Below, in pieces: positions 41,673 through 51,651 of a stretch of 64,000 bases of DNA. The translations under genes were made by a program, and so were the position numbers. Below the pieces are notes generated by a model that saw nothing but the letters and a program-made list of their open reading frames with translations, did no database searches and was not told the origin of the DNA. The stretch is taken from positions 2,408 through 66,407 of the forward strand of contig JAPLJC010000033.1 of NCBI GenBank assembly GCA_026388765.1, read 5' to 3'. Source of the stretch: Deltaproteobacteria bacterium. Lineage in GTDB: Bacteria > Desulfobacterota > Desulfobaccia > Desulfobaccales > 0-14-0-80-60-11. Numbering within the stretch: position 1 is the first letter of the stretch; every line of letters starts with the position of its first letter.

Positions 41673-43265
41673 TTAAAACCGCAGATTGCCAAAGGACGGC
41701 TCCCCGATGGGCCGCAGCAGACTCACTTCGACGGCCATCGCCAGCCAGTCGCGGATCTCCCAGAATTTTAACACCCGGTCGTTGAGGAGGCGGGCTCCGC
41801 AAAAGAAGGGGTGGGCCTCACCGTCATACTTGTCGATCATCTGCTGGCGAAAGGCCTGTTTCTCCTCCTCGCTCATGGGATTGCCGCGTTTGCGCTCCTC
41901 GATGGACATCAACACTTCCCCGGCGGAACGGCCGCTCATCACCGATGTGCGGGCCCGCATGGTGGAAAAGAGAAAATGGGGGCGATAGCCGCGGCCGCAC
42001 ATGCCGTAATTGGCGGCGCCGTTGTCGGGGCCGATCACCAACTGCAGGCGCGGCACCTGGGCGCAGGAAACCGCCCGCACCATATCCGCCCCGTACTTGC
42101 CGATGCCCATGTGCTCGGACTCCGAGCCCACCATGTAGCCCGGTGAGGCCTGGACAAAGAGCAGCGGGGTCTTGTCCTGGCAGCAGCGGAGGACCCATTC
42201 CGTGGCCTTTTGGGCCGCCTGGGCAAAGATGATGCCAATGCCGTTGGAGGCGATGACGCCCACCGGCAGGCCCTTGAGGCGGAGCTTGCCGGTGACGATG
42301 TTGTCTCCGAGTCCGGGGGCGTAAAACTTTTTGTATTCGGCAAACTGGCTATCATCGGCAATAGCCTCGAGGAAGGCCCGCACGTTGATGCCCTGATGCA
42401 CATTGGCCGGCAACCTTTCATAGATGGCCGTCACCGGCACCCGGGGCGGCACTTCCTCGTAGCGATGACTGTGCAGTTGTTGCGGCGGCTCCAGGGAGAG
42501 AATCTCGCGCACCCGCTCGATGGCCTCATCCTGGCTCTGGCAGAGATGGTCGGCGCCGCCGGAGAGTTGGGTATGAACCCTGGCCCCGCCTAAGGCTTCG
42601 GCGGAGATGATTTCTCCCGTGGCCGCTTTGACCAGGGGGGGCCCCCCCAGAAAGGAGTAGGACATCTTATCGATCATCACCGACTGGCAAGCCATGAAGA
42701 CGATGTAAGCGCCGCCGGCGGTGTTGCCGCCGGTGCTCATGGTGATCTGCTTCAAGCCCATGGCGCTCATGCGCGCCATGTTGTAGAACATGGAGCCGAA
42801 CTGCTGGTCGTCCGGAAAGACGTCGGCCTGCATGGGCAGATAAGCGCCCCCGGAATCGGCGATGTAGACGCAGTTTATCCCACAGCGTTCGGCCATCGCC
42901 TGGGCCCGCATGTGTTTCTTGAGGGTGATGGGGAAATAGGTGCCGGCCTTCACCCGGCTGTCATTGGCAAAGATCATGGTCCAGTTGCCGTGGATCTTGC
43001 CCAAGCCGGTCACCAGGCCGCCGCAAGGCACATCCATAACATCGGGATAATCCATGCCAAAGCCGGCGATGCGGCTGAATTCAAAGAATTCCGTGCCCGG
43101 ATCGGTGAGCTTGCCGATCAGGTCCCGGACCGACTGTTTACCTTGCTTGGCGAGGCGCTGGACCGCTTTCTCGCCCCCGGGCCAGATCGCCTGGTGGACG
43201 AGTTCATCCAGTTTCAGTTCTTCATTTTCCCAGTGGGTGCGGTTTTGCATCGCTAAATCTGACAT
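41673..43265 (-). CDS. Acyl-CoA carboxylase carboxyltransferase subunit (methylcrotonyl-/geranyl-CoA carboxylase beta-like)
   Basis: 530 aa with the two-domain carboxyltransferase layout: ...GGLVTGLGKIHG..., ...GGAYLPMQ..., ...GPDNGAANYGMCGRGY... Confidence 0.75.
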   Translation of the reverse strand: MSDLAMQNRTHWENEELKLDELVHQAIWPGGEKAVQRLAKQGKQSVRDLIGKLTDPGTEFFEFSRIAGFGMDYPDVMDVPCGGLVTGLGKIHGNWTMIFANDSRVKAGTYFPITLKKHMRAQAMAERCGINCVYIADSGGAYLPMQADVFPDDQQFGSMFYNMARMSAMGLKQITMSTGGNTAGGAYIVFMACQSVMIDKMSYSFLGGPPLVKAATGEIISAEALGGARVHTQLSGGADHLCQSQDEAIERVREILSLEPPQQLHSHRYEEVPPRVPVTAIYERLPANVHQGINVRAFLEAIADDSQFAEYKKFYAPGLGDNIVTGKLRLKGLPVGVIASNGIGIIFAQAAQKATEWVLRCCQDKTPLLFVQASPGYMVGSESEHMGIGKYGADMVRAVSCAQVPRLQLVIGPDNGAANYGMCGRGYRPHFLFSTMRARTSVMSGRSAGEVLMSIEERKRGNPMSEEEKQAFRQQMIDKYDGEAHPFFCGARLLNDRVLKFWEIRDWLAMAVEVSLLRPIGEPSFGNLRF

Positions 43266-43317
43266 TTTGCTCCCTTGGAATGTTCAGTTTCGTGTCAGGC
43301 GTGATGATTAAGGTCAC

Positions 43318-44103
43318 TTATTTCATAAATACCGGTCGGCGCTTGGCCACAAAGGCTTGCATTCCTTCCTGCCCATCGGCATGGGCTGCACAGGTGGCCA
43401 GGCCCCGGCGCTCCCGTTCCAAGTGCGCTTCAAAGGCGCTGTTAAAAGAGTCGGTGAGCAAACGTTTGGCCCAGCCGAAGGAGTTCAGCGAGATGCCGGC
43501 CAGTTCGTGAGCCATACTCATGGCCTCTTCCAGGACCAGGGCATCCGGGGCGATCCTGGTCGCCAGTCCCCATTCATAAGCCTGCGAGGCGGAGATGGGC
43601 CGGTCGAAGGCCACAATTTCCAAGGCCCGGGCCAGGCCGACCAGCCTGGGCAGGGTAAAGGAGCCGCCGCCGTCCAGGCTGAGGCCGGCCGAGGTGTAGG
43701 CTTGCTTGAGCATGGCGGATTCGCCCATGATCCGGAAATCGCAGGCCAGGGCCAACGAGAAGCCGCCGCCGGCGGCCACGCCGTTGATGGCGGCGATCAC
43801 CGGTTTGTCCATACGGCGAATCTCCAGGATAGCCAGGTGGAAATAGCCCGCCACTTCATGGAGGGTCCGGGCCGGTCCCTGGGGCGAGGCCAGGAAGTAT
43901 TTCAGGTCGCCGCCGGCGCAGAAAGCCCTGCCACCCGCGCCGGAGATGACCAGGCCTCGCACCTCCGGATCGGCGGCCAAAGTGATAAGCTGCGTGGCCA
44001 AGCCCTCGACCAGGTCCCGGTCGATGGCATTAAAGGCAGGCGGCCGGTTCAGGACGACACAGGCTATTTCAGCATCTCGGGTAATCTTGACGGATTCAGT
44101 CAT
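43318..44103 (-). CDS. Enoyl-CoA hydratase/isomerase family protein
   Basis: The ATG at 44103 is preferred because it does not overlap the upstream gene. ...FCAGGDLK... and AAINGVAAGGGFSLALACD. Confidence 0.85.
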   Translation of the reverse strand: MTESVKITRDAEIACVVLNRPPAFNAIDRDLVEGLATQLITLAADPEVRGLVISGAGGRAFCAGGDLKYFLASPQGPARTLHEVAGYFHLAILEIRRMDKPVIAAINGVAAGGGFSLALACDFRIMGESAMLKQAYTSAGLSLDGGGSFTLPRLVGLARALEIVAFDRPISASQAYEWGLATRIAPDALVLEEAMSMAHELAGISLNSFGWAKRLLTDSFNSAFEAHLERERRGLATCAAHADGQEGMQAFVAKRRPVFMK

Positions 44104-44113
44104 ACTAAAGCCC

Positions 44114-44887
44114 TTATTTCTTCGCAAAAAACCCGGCCAGGCGCTCTTGGGTTTCCTTAAAATCGCCGGGGCTGGAATAGCCGTTAATGGTTTCCAGGCG
44201 CAAGGCGTCATCCAGGGGCCGGCCGAGAATATCGAAGATGGTTTCCTTGGCGGAGCGGATGGCTGGCTGGCTGTTTTTCAGGATCATGCGGGCGTACTCT
44301 GCCGCCGTCGTGAGGAGGTCATCATGGGGCACTACCTGGTTCACCAGGCCCAGACGGAAAGCTTCGGCAGCGTACACCTCCCGGCCGGTGAGGGTGAGGT
44401 CCAGCGCCGTGGCCATCCCGGCAATGGCCAGCAGGCGGACAAGTCCCCCATCGCCCTGATGCAGGCCGAACCGCACTTCGAAGACGCCGAATTTGGCCTT
44501 TTCCGAGGCAATGCGGATATCGCAGGCCAGGGCCAGTTCAAAACCGCCGCCAATGGCGGGCCCATTGACCGCGGCAATGATGGGCTTGGTAATGCGGTGC
44601 TGCCCCCGGGTGATGCCGCCGCCGATGCCCGTGGCGACATTCTTACGGAGGTCCAGCATATTGGCATGTTCCCATTTGGGGATAAAGGTCTTCAAGTCGG
44701 CGCCGGCGCAGAAGCTTTTTCCCGCCCCCGTCAAGATGGCGACATCGACGGCATCGTCCCGGTTAAAATCGCTCCAGACCTCCCAGAGTTCGCCGTTAAG
44801 CTCATCGTCCAGGGAATTGAGGGCGTCAGGACGATGAAGAGTGACGAAGGCTATCCGGTCTCTTTTCTCGTAAACCACCTTATCCAT
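44114..44887 (-). CDS. Enoyl-CoA hydratase/isomerase family protein
   Basis: SFCAGADLK and AAVNGPAIGGGFELALACD. Confidence 0.85.
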   Translation of the reverse strand: MDKVVYEKRDRIAFVTLHRPDALNSLDDELNGELWEVWSDFNRDDAVDVAILTGAGKSFCAGADLKTFIPKWEHANMLDLRKNVATGIGGGITRGQHRITKPIIAAVNGPAIGGGFELALACDIRIASEKAKFGVFEVRFGLHQGDGGLVRLLAIAGMATALDLTLTGREVYAAEAFRLGLVNQVVPHDDLLTTAAEYARMILKNSQPAIRSAKETIFDILGRPLDDALRLETINGYSSPGDFKETQERLAGFFAKK

Positions 44888-44922
44888 GCACGTCCTCGTC
44901 CGTGGGGGATTAAGTCAGTCTC

Positions 44923-45705
44923 TCACTTACCCTTATAGACCGGCTTCCTCTTTTCACCAAACGCCGCCAGACCTTCCAGCCGGTCTGCCGATGGGATGGT
45001 CACCCAGTAGGCGTTGGATTCAATGGCCAGGCCGGTATGCAGATCGGCCTCCAGCCCATAATTGATGGCGTATTTGGCCTGCTGAATGGCGATGGGGCCG
45101 GCTTCGCAGATCATGGCTGCCATGGCCCGGCACTCCGCCAGCAGCGATTCCGGCGGACAGACTTGATTCACCAGCCCGATCTGCAAGGCTTCCTGGGCGT
45201 CCACCCGGCGGCCGGTAAAGATGAGTTCCTTGGCCTTGCCGCGGCCGATCAGGCGAGGTAGACGCTGGGTGCCGCCGGCGCCGGGGATGATGGCCAGCCG
45301 GGTTTCAGTCAGGCCCAGGCTGGCGGTGGCCGAGGCCAGGCGGATATCGCAGGCCAGGGCCAGCTCGGTGCCGCCCCCCAGGGCAATGCCATTGACCGCG
45401 GCGATCACGGGTTTGTTCAGGTATTCGATGAAGGTAAAGAGATTGCGAATCGTAAAAATGAACTCCCGCACCTGCATCTCGCTCATGGAGGCGCGTTCTT
45501 TCAGATCAGCGCCGGCGCAAAAGGCCTTTGGTCCCGCCCCCACGATGATCACCACCCGCACGTCCGGATCAAAGTGCAAGGCCTCCACTCGTTCCTTCAG
45601 AGCTCGAAGCATCGGGAAATTGAAAGAGTTCATGACTTCGGGCCGGTTCAGGGTGAGCACAGCCACCCGGTCTTGCCTTTCCTCGAGAATTAACGGTTCA
45701 GTCAT
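44923..45705 (-). CDS. Enoyl-CoA hydratase, methylglutaconyl-CoA hydratase-like
   Basis: AFCAGADLKERASM...AAVNGIALGGGTELALACDIRLA...GLTETRLAIIPGAGGTQRLPRLIG closely follows the AUH/LiuC pattern. Confidence 0.8.
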   Translation of the reverse strand: MTEPLILEERQDRVAVLTLNRPEVMNSFNFPMLRALKERVEALHFDPDVRVVIIVGAGPKAFCAGADLKERASMSEMQVREFIFTIRNLFTFIEYLNKPVIAAVNGIALGGGTELALACDIRLASATASLGLTETRLAIIPGAGGTQRLPRLIGRGKAKELIFTGRRVDAQEALQIGLVNQVCPPESLLAECRAMAAMICEAGPIAIQQAKYAINYGLEADLHTGLAIESNAYWVTIPSADRLEGLAAFGEKRKPVYKGK

Positions 45706-45734
45706 AAGTTCTCCATGGCCAACGTGGAACCCAG

Positions 45735-46193
45735 CTAGCCAATCAGACCTTCCTGGTTTGGGAGGGCCATCATAGTCGCCAGCATGGTGGCGACCGTTTT
45801 GCCCTTGCCCTGCTGGTGGGCGATGACCTCACCCGTACAGACGCTGAGCGTCTTCCCCGGCCTGATCACCCGTCCTCGAGCGAGAAAATGTTCACCAACG
45901 GCTGGGGACAGCAGGTTTATCTTGTACTCGACCGTCAAAACCGCCATATCGGCGGGCATGAGGCTAAAGGCGGCATAACCGCAGGCGGTATCCAGAATGG
46001 TGGCGATAATCCCGGCATGGACAAAGCCATGTTGCTGGGTCAGGTCATCCCGGTATGGCAGGCTGATTTCCGCTTCTCCGGGCAGGAGCCGGGTCAGTTC
46101 GGCGCCGATGGCGCTCATCAGCTTCTGCTTGTCGAAGCTGCCGCGGACTCGCTCTTCGAAGTCAGGGTCCTGGATCTTGAAGCGCATGGCCAA
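45735..46193 (-). CDS. PaaI-type hotdog-fold thioesterase
   Basis: 152 aa. ...QQHGFVHAGIIATILDTACGYAA... Confidence 0.7.
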   Translation of the reverse strand: MAMRFKIQDPDFEERVRGSFDKQKLMSAIGAELTRLLPGEAEISLPYRDDLTQQHGFVHAGIIATILDTACGYAAFSLMPADMAVLTVEYKINLLSPAVGEHFLARGRVIRPGKTLSVCTGEVIAHQQGKGKTVATMLATMMALPNQEGLIG

Positions 46194-46222
46194 GCCCTCT
46201 GGTGCTGTTAGCGACGGGACTA

Positions 46223-47407
46223 CTAGCGCTGCGCCTTCCTGGCAAAGGCTTCCCGGGTGAGTTCCCGGGCAATGATCATGCGCCGGATCTCGCTGGTGCC
46301 CGCCCCGATTTCATAGAGTTTGGCGTCGCGCCACAGCTTTTGCACCGGAAACTCCAGGCAGTAACCGTACCCCCCGTGAATCTGGATGGCCTGGTCGCAC
46401 ACCCAGGTGGCGGTTTCCGCCGCCAGGAGGATGGCCGCGGCGGCCAACCGGTTCAGTTCGGTGCCTTTGCCCCCCCGGGGTGATCTCTGGGCCAGATCGG
46501 CAGCGCGGTAAACCAACAGCCGGGCGGCCTCGGTGCGGGTGTACATGTCGGCCAGCTTCTGCTGGATCATCTGAAAATTGGCGATGGGCTGGCCGAACTG
46601 CTCCCGCTCTACCGAGTAGCGGATGGAATAATCGAGGGCCTGCGCCGCCATGCCGATGGAGCCGCCGGCCAGCACAATCCGCTCCGAGTCCAGGCCGCTG
46701 GTCATGACATGGACCCCCATATTTTCCTGCCCGACCAGGTTTTCCGCCGGTACTTCGCAGTCCTCGAAAATCAGCTCCGCGGTGGGCGAGCCGCGCATGC
46801 CGCATTTTTTTAGCTTGCGGGACACGGCAAAACCGGGAAAGTCCTTTTCCACGATGAAGGCGCTGATCCCTTTGGCGCCTTGCTCCGGCGCGGTTTTGGC
46901 ATAGACCAGCAGGGTGTCGGCCACCGGCCCGTTGGTGATGAAGATCTTGGTGCCCTTCAACAGGTATTTGTCGCCCTGGCGAACGGCCCGGGTGCGGATA
47001 CTCATGGCATCGGAACCCGCATTGGGTTCGGTGAGGGCCATGGCGCCGATCTTTTCGCCTCTGACCAGGGGCGGCAAATACTTCTCTTTGAGCGCCTCGC
47101 TGGCGTTTTTGTGGATATTATGGGCACAGAGGTTGGAGTGCGCCCCGTAGGTCATGCCCAGCGCCGGGCAGATGCGGCTCATCTCTTCGATGGCCAGGGT
47201 CTGCATCAGGACATCGCCGCCCAGGCCCCCGTATTTTTCATCGATGGTGATGCCGAGGATGCCGATCTCGGCGCATTTTTTAAAAAAATCGGGGGGAAAC
47301 CAATCTTCCTCATCGATCTTTTCCTGCAGCGGTCCCAGTTCATTAACCGACCATTTGTAAACGGTTTCCTTGATCATGCGCTGTTCATCGGTGAGTTGGA
47401 AATCCAT
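46223..47407 (-). CDS. Acyl-CoA dehydrogenase (isovaleryl-CoA dehydrogenase-like)
   Basis: 394 aa. ...GAMALTEPNAGSDA..., ...IFITNG... and the C-terminal ...YEIGAGTSEIRR... Confidence 0.9.
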   Translation of the reverse strand: MDFQLTDEQRMIKETVYKWSVNELGPLQEKIDEEDWFPPDFFKKCAEIGILGITIDEKYGGLGGDVLMQTLAIEEMSRICPALGMTYGAHSNLCAHNIHKNASEALKEKYLPPLVRGEKIGAMALTEPNAGSDAMSIRTRAVRQGDKYLLKGTKIFITNGPVADTLLVYAKTAPEQGAKGISAFIVEKDFPGFAVSRKLKKCGMRGSPTAELIFEDCEVPAENLVGQENMGVHVMTSGLDSERIVLAGGSIGMAAQALDYSIRYSVEREQFGQPIANFQMIQQKLADMYTRTEAARLLVYRAADLAQRSPRGGKGTELNRLAAAAILLAAETATWVCDQAIQIHGGYGYCLEFPVQKLWRDAKLYEIGAGTSEIRRMIIARELTREAFARKAQR

Positions 47408-47473
47408 GCAATCCTCCTGAAAAGAAAGCTGCTGCTAACTTGTTACCTGTCAAAGGCGCAAACTCGCTCCTGA

Positions 47474-48043
47474 TTAAAACCCCAGCCAGCGCACTTCCCG
47501 GGGTTTACGGGGGACAACCGGGGGATCTTTGGCGGAGTAGCCGATGGGGGTGATGGCCAGCAATTGCTGATCGGTTTTCCCCAGGAATTCCAGAACCTCC
47601 TTCTCCACCAGGCTGCCCGCGGTCATCCAGCAGCTGCCCAGGCCCTCGGCTTGGGCCGCCAGGAGCATATTCTGCATCAAGGCGGAGCCGCTTTGAATAT
47701 TGGCGGCGCCGGTGGCGTCGCCCCACTGCCACACGGTCACGGCGATGACCACCGGGGCGCCCCCCAGGTCTTTGAAGAAGGCCACCACCCGCTGTTGACT
47801 CTTTTCCGGCACGCCGGTTTGCTGCATGATGGGGACTATTTTGGCGATAGACAGGTTGATCAGGTTGACCAGATCATCCCGGGCCTTGCCGGCCAACACC
47901 GCGATGTCCCAACATTGGGTGTTCATGCCGGACGGGGCCCAGAGGCCGGCGTCGACCACCCTTTCCAGGGCTTCCCGGGGCGGCATTTCCGGCCGGTAAA
48001 GGCGATGGCTGCGGCGCTTATGAATGGCTTCGTAAAGATCCAT
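47474..48043 (-). CDS. Nitroreductase-family protein
   Basis: MDLYEAIHKRRSHRLYRPE...APSGMNTQCW. Confidence 0.75.
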   Translation of the reverse strand: MDLYEAIHKRRSHRLYRPEMPPREALERVVDAGLWAPSGMNTQCWDIAVLAGKARDDLVNLINLSIAKIVPIMQQTGVPEKSQQRVVAFFKDLGGAPVVIAVTVWQWGDATGAANIQSGSALMQNMLLAAQAEGLGSCWMTAGSLVEKEVLEFLGKTDQQLLAITPIGYSAKDPPVVPRKPREVRWLGF

Positions 48044-48058
48044 ATTGCTCCTTTCTCG

Positions 48059-48070
48059 AGCTGATCAGCT
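48059..48070. promoter_or_regulatory. Perfect 12-bp palindrome AGCTGATCAGCT just upstream of the nitroreductase SD (possible operator)
   Basis: Read directly. The function is speculative. Confidence 0.2.
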
Positions 48071-48677
48071 GCAAAATTTTTTCAACCGCCTCCTTTAAAA
48101 GCCGGCGGGTGGCAGGGGGATAGCGTTTTGGATAACAGCCCAAACAGGGAAAGCGACACTTTTGGCTAGACCTCAACTAGTTCTGCAAGGGCTGTACCAG
48201 CAGGATTTCTCGAGCTAAGAGGCTGAAATTAAATCACAAAATCTGTAAAAAAAATAGTCGGGCCAAAAACAGGGTCTAGCAAATGCTGCACTTTTTTCCC
48301 AGGGGTCCGACCAGCCATAAAAGTTAGTGATTAAAGTAAATATTACGGCAAGTTAGGCAAGTCAGAGGATTAGCTTCACCTCTGTAGCATTTCAGACAGT
48401 GCATATTGCAATTGCAGAGCAAGGTACTTCTTCAGAGAAAAGTTCCCCGCCCATAACAACCTTGTCGTGGGGAACAAAATGTACATTAGCACAAAATTGT
48501 CGGCAAAATCAAAATTTTTCCAAGGACGATCAGAACCACGGCAAATGAGGTCAAAGGCGCTTTGGCGGACCATCCTGATAAAACAGAAAATTAATGGGTT
48601 AGGCGGCCAACTTGATTTACCAAATCTTCGCCATTATATTGGTAGCTAGCCTGCTAATAAAGCGATTGGGAGATAGT

Positions 48678-49172
48678 ATGGACGGAAAATTCCCGCGAGG
48701 TGCGGTGGTTTGGCAGTTGCTGGCCAGTGTAATGTTCCTGTTGGCGCTAACGTCCAGCGGCCGGGCCCAGAGCGCCCCGGATTTTGCCTTAAAGGACGTG
48801 CTCCGTGGGCAGGAATACACCCTGAGCCAGTTTAAAGGGAAGGTGGTCTTGCTCAATTTCTTCACTTTTCTGTGTAAGCCTTGTAAAGAAGAAATGCCGT
48901 TTCTCAACCAGATCGACCAGGAGCTCAAGAGTCAGGGCTTTCAGACCATAGGGATTGGTCTGGCTTCCACCCCGGCGGAATTGCGTTCTTTAGCGCAGCA
49001 ATTGGGGCTGAATTATCCGGTGTTGGTCGGGACCGACGAAGTGAGCAAAGCCTGGAAGGTGGAGTTCGTGCCCGCCACCTTCATCATTGACCGGCAGGGT
49101 AATATTGTCCATAAAATCTTTGATTTGCGGTCGAAGGAGGATTTCGTAAAATTGATTAAGCCGCTTCTTTAA
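48678..49172 (+). CDS. TlpA/ResA-like thiol:disulfide oxidoreductase (redoxin)
   Basis: A signal-like N-terminus and a thioredoxin-fold CKPC active site (FFTFLCKPCKEEMP). The ATG at 48678 has a GGGAG SD; the track start is 48612. Confidence 0.75.
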   Translation: MDGKFPRGAVVWQLLASVMFLLALTSSGRAQSAPDFALKDVLRGQEYTLSQFKGKVVLLNFFTFLCKPCKEEMPFLNQIDQELKSQGFQTIGIGLASTPAELRSLAQQLGLNYPVLVGTDEVSKAWKVEFVPATFIIDRQGNIVHKIFDLRSKEDFVKLIKPLL

Positions 49173-49206
49173 TACCCCTGCCCGGGTAGGCCCCTGAGCC
49201 GGGGTG

Positions 49207-50124
49207 CTACCCGTCCCGGGTGATCGCCTCGATTAATTCCCGGCGCACCTGCTCCGCCCGGTCGTTATCCACCTGGCAGGTCCCCACCGTCCGGTGACCA
49301 CCACCGCCATATTGGAGCATCAGGCGGCCCACGTCGGTTTGGCTGCTGCGATTGATGATGCTGTGCCCGACGGTAAAGACGGTGTTCTGGTTCTGCTTGC
49401 CCATGATGATTTGCAGGCTGATATTGCCTTGCATGAACATGGTATAGATGACGAAGCGATTGCCGGTATAAATCTCCTGCTGTTGGCGCAAATCCAGGAC
49501 TATCAGGTTGCCGTGCACGGTGGCGTTCTTTCTAATCATCTCCCGGAAAATTTCGTCCTGTTCAAAATACCGCTCAACCCTTTCCTCGACATCCGGCATT
49601 TCCAGAATTGCCTCCACCGGTTTGGTCCGGCACCACTCCACCAGTTCCATCATCAGCTGATAATTGCTGATCCGGTAATCCCGATAGCGGCCCAGGCCGG
49701 TGCGCGGGTCCATAATGAAGCTCATCAGCACCCAGCCTTTGGGGTTTTCGATATCCTCCACTGTTAAGCGGCCGCTGTCACATTTATCGACGTTGGCCAT
49801 CATTGCGTCGAATTTTTTGGGAAACCTGTCATGCCCGCCATAATATTCCCAGATGATCCGGGCACAACTGGGGGCCATTTTGGCCAGGCCTTTGAAGGTG
49901 AAATTGAAATGGTGCCGATCCTCCTCGCTGGCATGGTGATCGAACCAGAGGCCGACCCCCGGGGCATAGGGGACGTTGGCCAGAATGTCATTTTCGGTGA
50001 CCTCGATTAAGCCTTCCTGGACGTCCTTGGGATGGACAAAGGTCCAACTGTCCAGGAGGCCGATCTCTTTAAGCAGCACCGCACAGATGAGACCGTCAAA
50101 GTCTGATCTGGTGAGAAGTCTCAT
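49207..50124 (-). CDS. DHH-superfamily phosphoesterase-like protein
   Basis: The N-terminal DFDG and FDHHASE motifs resemble DHH motifs I and III. The assignment is tentative. Confidence 0.45.
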   Translation of the reverse strand: MRLLTRSDFDGLICAVLLKEIGLLDSWTFVHPKDVQEGLIEVTENDILANVPYAPGVGLWFDHHASEEDRHHFNFTFKGLAKMAPSCARIIWEYYGGHDRFPKKFDAMMANVDKCDSGRLTVEDIENPKGWVLMSFIMDPRTGLGRYRDYRISNYQLMMELVEWCRTKPVEAILEMPDVEERVERYFEQDEIFREMIRKNATVHGNLIVLDLRQQQEIYTGNRFVIYTMFMQGNISLQIIMGKQNQNTVFTVGHSIINRSSQTDVGRLMLQYGGGGHRTVGTCQVDNDRAEQVRRELIEAITRDG

Positions 50125-50412
50125 AATGTCATCCTCCAGAGGCGATTTATAGCTACCAACTATTTAAAGGAGATTTTGGCGTTTGCCAAGGCAGCCGCCA
50201 GTGGTTGGGTCATCTTAGACCAAAAGTCTGTCCAGCACACGGTAATAATTAAAGCGCCTACCAGAGGAGCTATAACCCCATCGAGCCTTGAACCAGCTCT
50301 TCAATGAGGCTTAGTACGCCTGGGGACTGGGGAAAATTACTTTTTTCAGTTAAACTTGTGCTATCATGTCCTCGGCGTGGGGTTAAGGCTGCCTCCTAAG
50401 TGGGAAGATCAG

Positions 50413-51651
50413 ATGCCGCCCTTCAGAAAATACACTATCCAGGAATCGGGAGCCTTTGTCGAGACCGTGGCCTACCCGCCCACGGCTTCGGGGCCTTTGG
50501 ACGGATTGCGCTTTGCCGTCAAGGATATTATCGACCTGGCCGGCCACCGCACCTCTTGCGGCTCGCCCGACTGGGGCCGGACCCATCCTCCGGCGGCGGC
50601 CAACGCCCTCTGCGTGGACCAACTGTTGGGGGCGGGGGCCCGGTGCGTCGGCAAGGCCATTTGCGATGAGCTGGCCTTCAGCCTGGACGGGGAAAATTAT
50701 TTCTATGGGGCGCCGTTGAATCCCAGGGCCCCGGACCACGTGACGGGGGGCTCGTCCAGCGGTTCGGCCTCGGCCGTAGCCTGTGGCCTGGCCGATTTCG
50801 CCCTGGGGACCGACACCGGTGGCTCGCTCCGGGTGCCGGCCGCCAACTGCGGCATTTTCGGTTGGCGCCCCTCCCACGGATTCATTTCCACGGCCGGCGT
50901 CACTCCTTTTGCCCCCGGCTTTGATACCGTGGGCCTCCTGGCGGAGTCAGCCGATCTTCTGAGCCGGGCCGGCTCGGTGCTGCTGGCTGCCTCAGTGCCG
51001 GGCGACGTGGAAGTAGGGGCCCTCCACCTGATCAGCGAGGCCTGGGCCAATGCCGACCAAGAAATCAGGGCGGCCCTGAGCCGCACCGTTAAGTTATTGC
51101 AAGGCCTTTTCGGTGACAAGGTCCACGAGACTTCCCTGCGGGAAATCGATGGCGGCGGCGCGGGCTTGGGGTTGGCCAGCTGGTATGAAACGAGTTCAAT
51201 CCTGCAGTGGTGCGAGATGTGGAGCTGCTTAGGGTCCTGGGTGGAGAGCGTCAAACCGGCGCTCAGCCCCAAGGCTGCGAAGTTTTTTGAGCTCATCAAA
51301 AATACCGATCGTCGCAGGCTGGGGGACGCCGTCCGCACCCGGGAGCGTTATTGCCGCCGCCTGAAAAACTTCCTGGGGCCCCGGGACCTCCTTTGCTTCC
51401 CCACCGTGCCGGCCCCGGCCCGGTTTAAAGGCGGCGTAAAAGTCGACCGGCCGGATCAGCCCAAAACCAACTACTACCCGCGCACTCTGTCACTGACGGC
51501 CATTGCCGGCATCGGCCGCCTGCCTGAGGTTTCTTTGCCGCTGGCCGAGGTGGGCGGCGTCCCCGTCGGTCTCTCTTTGTTGGCCGCGCCCGGCCAGGAC
51601 GCTTACCTGCTCGGGGTGGTGCAGCTGGTGGCCAGCCGGTCCGGCCTCTGA
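50413..51651 (+). CDS. Amidase (amidase-signature family)
   Basis: GGSSSGSASAVA...GTDTGGSLRVPA signature. The ATG at 50413 is preferred over the track start at 50356. Confidence 0.85.
   Translation: MPPFRKYTIQESGAFVETVAYPPTASGPLDGLRFAVKDIIDLAGHRTSCGSPDWGRTHPPAAANALCVDQLLGAGARCVGKAICDELAFSLDGENYFYGAPLNPRAPDHVTGGSSSGSASAVACGLADFALGTDTGGSLRVPAANCGIFGWRPSHGFISTAGVTPFAPGFDTVGLLAESADLLSRAGSVLLAASVPGDVEVGALHLISEAWANADQEIRAALSRTVKLLQGLFGDKVHETSLREIDGGGAGLGLASWYETSSILQWCEMWSCLGSWVESVKPALSPKAAKFFELIKNTDRRRLGDAVRTRERYCRRLKNFLGPRDLLCFPTVPAPARFKGGVKVDRPDQPKTNYYPRTLSLTAIAGIGRLPEVSLPLAEVGGVPVGLSLLAAPGQDAYLLGVVQLVASRSGL

Noticed and set aside
48442-48475. GTTCCCCGC...GGGGAAC, reminiscent of a type I-E CRISPR repeat start.
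   Set aside because: It is a single copy with no repeat-spacer periodicity, the hairpin differs from I-E repeats, and there are no cas genes in the window.
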